Assembly (NCBI GenBank): GCA_040388665.1
Contig: JAZKBL010000012.1
Location: forward strand, 67,390 to 131,389
Direction of reading: 5' to 3'
DNA from: Chlamydiota bacterium
GTDB taxonomy: Bacteria > Chlamydiota > Chlamydiia > Chlamydiales > Rhabdochlamydiaceae
DNA: 64,000 nt
Positions 63,755-64,000 of this stretch are shown here, one piece after another (positions within the stretch are counted from its first letter, which is position 1; each line of letters opens with the position of its first letter). The position numbers and the translations under genes are program-made. Below the pieces are notes generated by a model. That model was not told the origin of the DNA. It was given only the letters and a program-made list of their open reading frames with translations, and made no database searches.

Positions 63755-64000
63755 CTATGAGAGATAATCTTTAATATCAGCCAACTTAGAGATCGAATAA
63801 TCGACATCACCTTTAGGGCCTACACTATTCAAGCCCCGACCCCATCGCACATGTATCGTCTTAAAACCCAAAGCTTTTGCTGGAGAAAGGTCTGTAGTAA
63901 TACGATCTCCACAAACGATAACATCTACATCAGCTATACCCAATGCTTCAACAACAGCTTGATAAGATGGTCCCTTATCAGGTCCCCCACACACGATTAT
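63755..64000 (-). CDS. HAD-family hydrolase, C-terminal part only (gene runs off the window)
   Basis: 'CGGPDKGPSYQAVVEALGI..DVDVIVCGDRITTDLSPAKALGFKTIHVRWG' fits HAD motifs III/IV. The frame is still open at 64000. Confidence 0.6.
   Translation of the reverse strand: MIVCGGPDKGPSYQAVVEALGIADVDVIVCGDRITTDLSPAKALGFKTIHVRWGRGLNSVGPKGDVDYSISKLADIKDYLS

Overview
This is a coding-dense bacterial chromosome segment of roughly 40% GC by eye. I called about 70 protein genes, 4 tRNA genes and no rRNA or CRISPR array. All calls come from reading the ORF translations and the DNA by hand. Family names are motif recognition from memory, not database hits.

The two ends of the window look like ordinary core genome.
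- 0.2-16.3 kb: transporter, DEAD-box helicase, Delta9 desaturase, beta-carbonic anhydrase, PCD, MDR reductase, PAP2 and NUDIX.
- 54-64 kb: ttcA-like, putP, surE, ddpX, tRNA-Val/Asp, yitT-like, rfbA, hpt, accC-accB-efp.

The middle is accessory.
- 16478-24862: a giant 2794-aa ORF with a P-loop/helicase-like core.
- 35.7-46.8 kb: two diverged copies of a PhzF + HAD-like gene pair. They are separated by a block carrying a 1010-aa tandem-repeat protein, primase-helicase gene fragments and a dense GTGAC/GTCAC motif array.
- 47-49 kb: regulator and toxin-antitoxin genes (XRE, wHTH, higB-higA-GNAT).
- 49.2-54.05 kb: a decayed island bracketed by tRNA-Tyr and a 57-nt direct copy of its 3' part. It contains a tandem retropepsin-like protease / degenerate EEP-like operon, an orphan AbiEi gene, and terminase, GNAT and XRE gene fragments.

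Three unrelated palindromic or MITE-like repeat families are visible. Many normally cytoplasmic enzyme families here carry N-terminal signal peptides.

The giant ORFs, an Inc-like bilobed membrane protein, the exported enzymes and the AT-rich leaders suggest an obligate intracellular, Chlamydia-like (Parachlamydiaceae-type) organism. That assignment is inference only.
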